Origin: Burkholderiales bacterium
GTDB lineage: Bacteria; Pseudomonadota; Gammaproteobacteria; Burkholderiales; JAEUOS01
DNA length: 64,000 nucleotides
NCBI GenBank assembly: GCA_016790695.1
Contig: JAEUOS010000001.1
Coordinates: 822 to 64,821 of the forward strand
Reading direction: 5' to 3'
Shown: piece after piece, positions 62,515 through 64,000 of the stretch
Numbering within the stretch: the first letter of the stretch is position 1
How the letters are laid out: each line of letters starts with the position of its first letter
Position numbers and translations under genes: made by a program
Notes under the pieces: model-generated
The model's database searches: none
What the model was told of the DNA's origin: nothing
What the model saw: the letters and a program-made list of their open reading frames with translations, nothing else

Positions 62515-64000
62515 ATGAGCAAACCCCGCCTCGTCGTCGTCGGCAACGGCATGGCCGGCATCCGCACCCTCGAGGAACTGCTGCGCCTCGCGCCCGGCAA
62601 GTACGAGGTCACCGTGTTCGGCGCGGAGCCGCGGCCCAACTACAACCGCATCCTCCTCTCCCCGGTGCTCGCGGGCGAGCAGGACTTCGACGCCATCGTC
62701 CTCAACGGCTACGACTGGTATCGCGAACACGGCGTGACCCTCCGCGCCGGCGTGCGCGTCACCCGCATCGACCGCGCGCGCCGCCGGGTGATCGGCGCGG
62801 ACGGCAGCGAGGCGCCCTACGACCGGCTGCTGCTCGCCACTGGGTCGGACCCGTTCCTGCCGGACATCCCGGGCATTCGCCTGCCGGGCGTGCTGGCCTA
62901 CCGCGACATCGCCGACACCGAGGCGATGATCGAGGCCGCGCGCGCGCATCGTCGCGCCGTGGTCATCGGCGGCGGGCTGCTCGGCCTCGAGGCGGCCAAC
63001 GGCCTGGCCGCGCGCGGCATGCAGGTCACGGTCGTGCACCTGGCGGACTGGCTGATGGAGCGGCAGCTCGACGCCGCCGCCGGCGCGCTGCTCCGGCAGT
63101 CGCTGGAGGCGCGCGGCATCGCCTTCCTCACCGGCGCGGCCACCGAGGCCCTGGTGCCGGGCGAGAGCGGGCGGGTCGCCGCGGTGCGCGTCCGCGGCAT
63201 GGACCCGATCCCGGCGGACCTGGTCGTGGTCGCCGTCGGCATCCGCCCGAGCGTCGCGCTCGCGCGCGACGCCGGCCTGCCCGCCGAGCGCGGCATCCGC
63301 GTCGACGACACGCTGCAGACCTTCGACCCGCGCATCTACGCGGTCGGCGAATGCGTCAGCCATCGCGGCGTCGTCTACGGCCTGGTCGCGCCGCTGTTCG
63401 AGATGGCCCGGGTGTGCGCCAACCACCTGGCCGGGCACGGCATCGCCCGCTACACCGGCTCGGTCACCTCGACCCGGCTCAAGGTCACCGGCATCGACCT
63501 GTTCTCGGCCGGCGACTTCATGGGCGGCGCCGGCAAGGAGGAGATCACGCTCGCGGACCCGGTGGGCGGGGTCTACAAGAAGCTGGTGATCCGCGACGAC
63601 CGGCTGGTCGGCGCGTGCCTGTACGGCGACACCGCCGACGGCGCCTGGTACTTCCGGCTGCTGCGCGAGGCGCGCCCGGTGGGGGAGATCCGCGACGCGC
63701 TGATGTTCGGCGAGACCAACCTCGGCGACACCGGCCACCAGGGCCAGAGCCGCGCCGCGGCGATGGCCGACGACGCCGAGGTGTGCGGCTGCAACGGCGT
63801 GTGCAAGGGGACCATCGTCGCGGCGATCAAGGCGCAGGGCCTGTTCACCCTCGAGGACGTGCGCCGGCACACCAAGGCCTCGGCCTCGTGCGGTTCGTGC
63901 ACCGGCCTGGTCGAGCAGATCCTGATGGCCACGGCCGGCGGCGACTATTCGGCCGCGCCGGCGCAGAAGGCGATGTGCGGCTGCACCGAGCGCTCGCACG
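62515..64000 (+). CDS. nirB: NAD(P)H-dependent assimilatory nitrite reductase large subunit (5' part; runs off the window)
   Basis: This frame is open to the window edge and is absent from the ORF track because it has no stop. MSKPRLVVVGNGMAGIRTLEELL matches the E. coli NirB N-terminus. It has a second GGGLLGLEAA dinucleotide motif and a BFD-like [2Fe-2S] motif (CGCNGVC...CGSC). Confidence 0.9.
   Translation, partial: MSKPRLVVVGNGMAGIRTLEELLRLAPGKYEVTVFGAEPRPNYNRILLSPVLAGEQDFDAIVLNGYDWYREHGVTLRAGVRVTRIDRARRRVIGADGSEAPYDRLLLATGSDPFLPDIPGIRLPGVLAYRDIADTEAMIEAARAHRRAVVIGGGLLGLEAANGLAARGMQVTVVHLADWLMERQLDAAAGALLRQSLEARGIAFLTGAATEALVPGESGRVAAVRVRGMDPIPADLVVVAVGIRPSVALARDAGLPAERGIRVDDTLQTFDPRIYAVGECVSHRGVVYGLVAPLFEMARVCANHLAGHGIARYTGSVTSTRLKVTGIDLFSAGDFMGGAGKEEITLADPVGGVYKKLVIRDDRLVGACLYGDTADGAWYFRLLREARPVGEIRDALMFGETNLGDTGHQGQSRAAAMADDAEVCGCNGVCKGTIVAAIKAQGLFTLEDVRRHTKASASCGSCTGLVEQILMATAGGDYSAAPAQKAMCGCTERSH

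Overview
This is a very GC-rich (about 70% by eye) chromosomal segment that looks betaproteobacterial (Burkholderiales-like). The main clue is seven 'Bug'/TctC-type tripartite tricarboxylate binding-protein genes. I call 59 protein-coding genes with almost no non-coding space. I recognised no rRNA, tRNA, CRISPR array, IS element or prophage. Housekeeping genes are nrdJ (class II ribonucleotide reductase), fbaB (class I aldolase), a GGDEF cyclase, and a nitrate/nitrite assimilation locus (nasT, nrtABD, and the 5' part of nirB running off the right edge). The rest is a mosaic of regulator-linked catabolic and transport modules:

- LysR plus an FAD hydroxylase.
- A LysR-controlled 10-gene operon of poorly characterised families.
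- A GntR-linked N-heterocycle/ureide-like locus with three racemase-superfamily genes, an amidohydrolase, a PuuE-like deacetylase, two Tat-signal transthyretin-like proteins and two TRAP importers.
- An AraC-linked aromatic module: hydroxylase, extradiol dioxygenase, ThDP enzyme, and a Rieske oxygenase with an unknown 125-aa partner.
- A fused indolepyruvate-ferredoxin oxidoreductase with an Lrp regulator.
- An SDR plus a BisC-like molybdoenzyme.
- A PIN-type toxin-antitoxin pair.

I cannot show that any one module is a new system from sequence alone. The best candidates for undescribed biology are the ureide-like locus with its exported transthyretin pair, the 10-gene operon, the Rieske-plus-small-ORF pair, and the RNA structures around nasT and nrtA. 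Many very long ORFs in the six-frame track are antisense or frame-shadow artefacts of the high GC content, and I rejected them.
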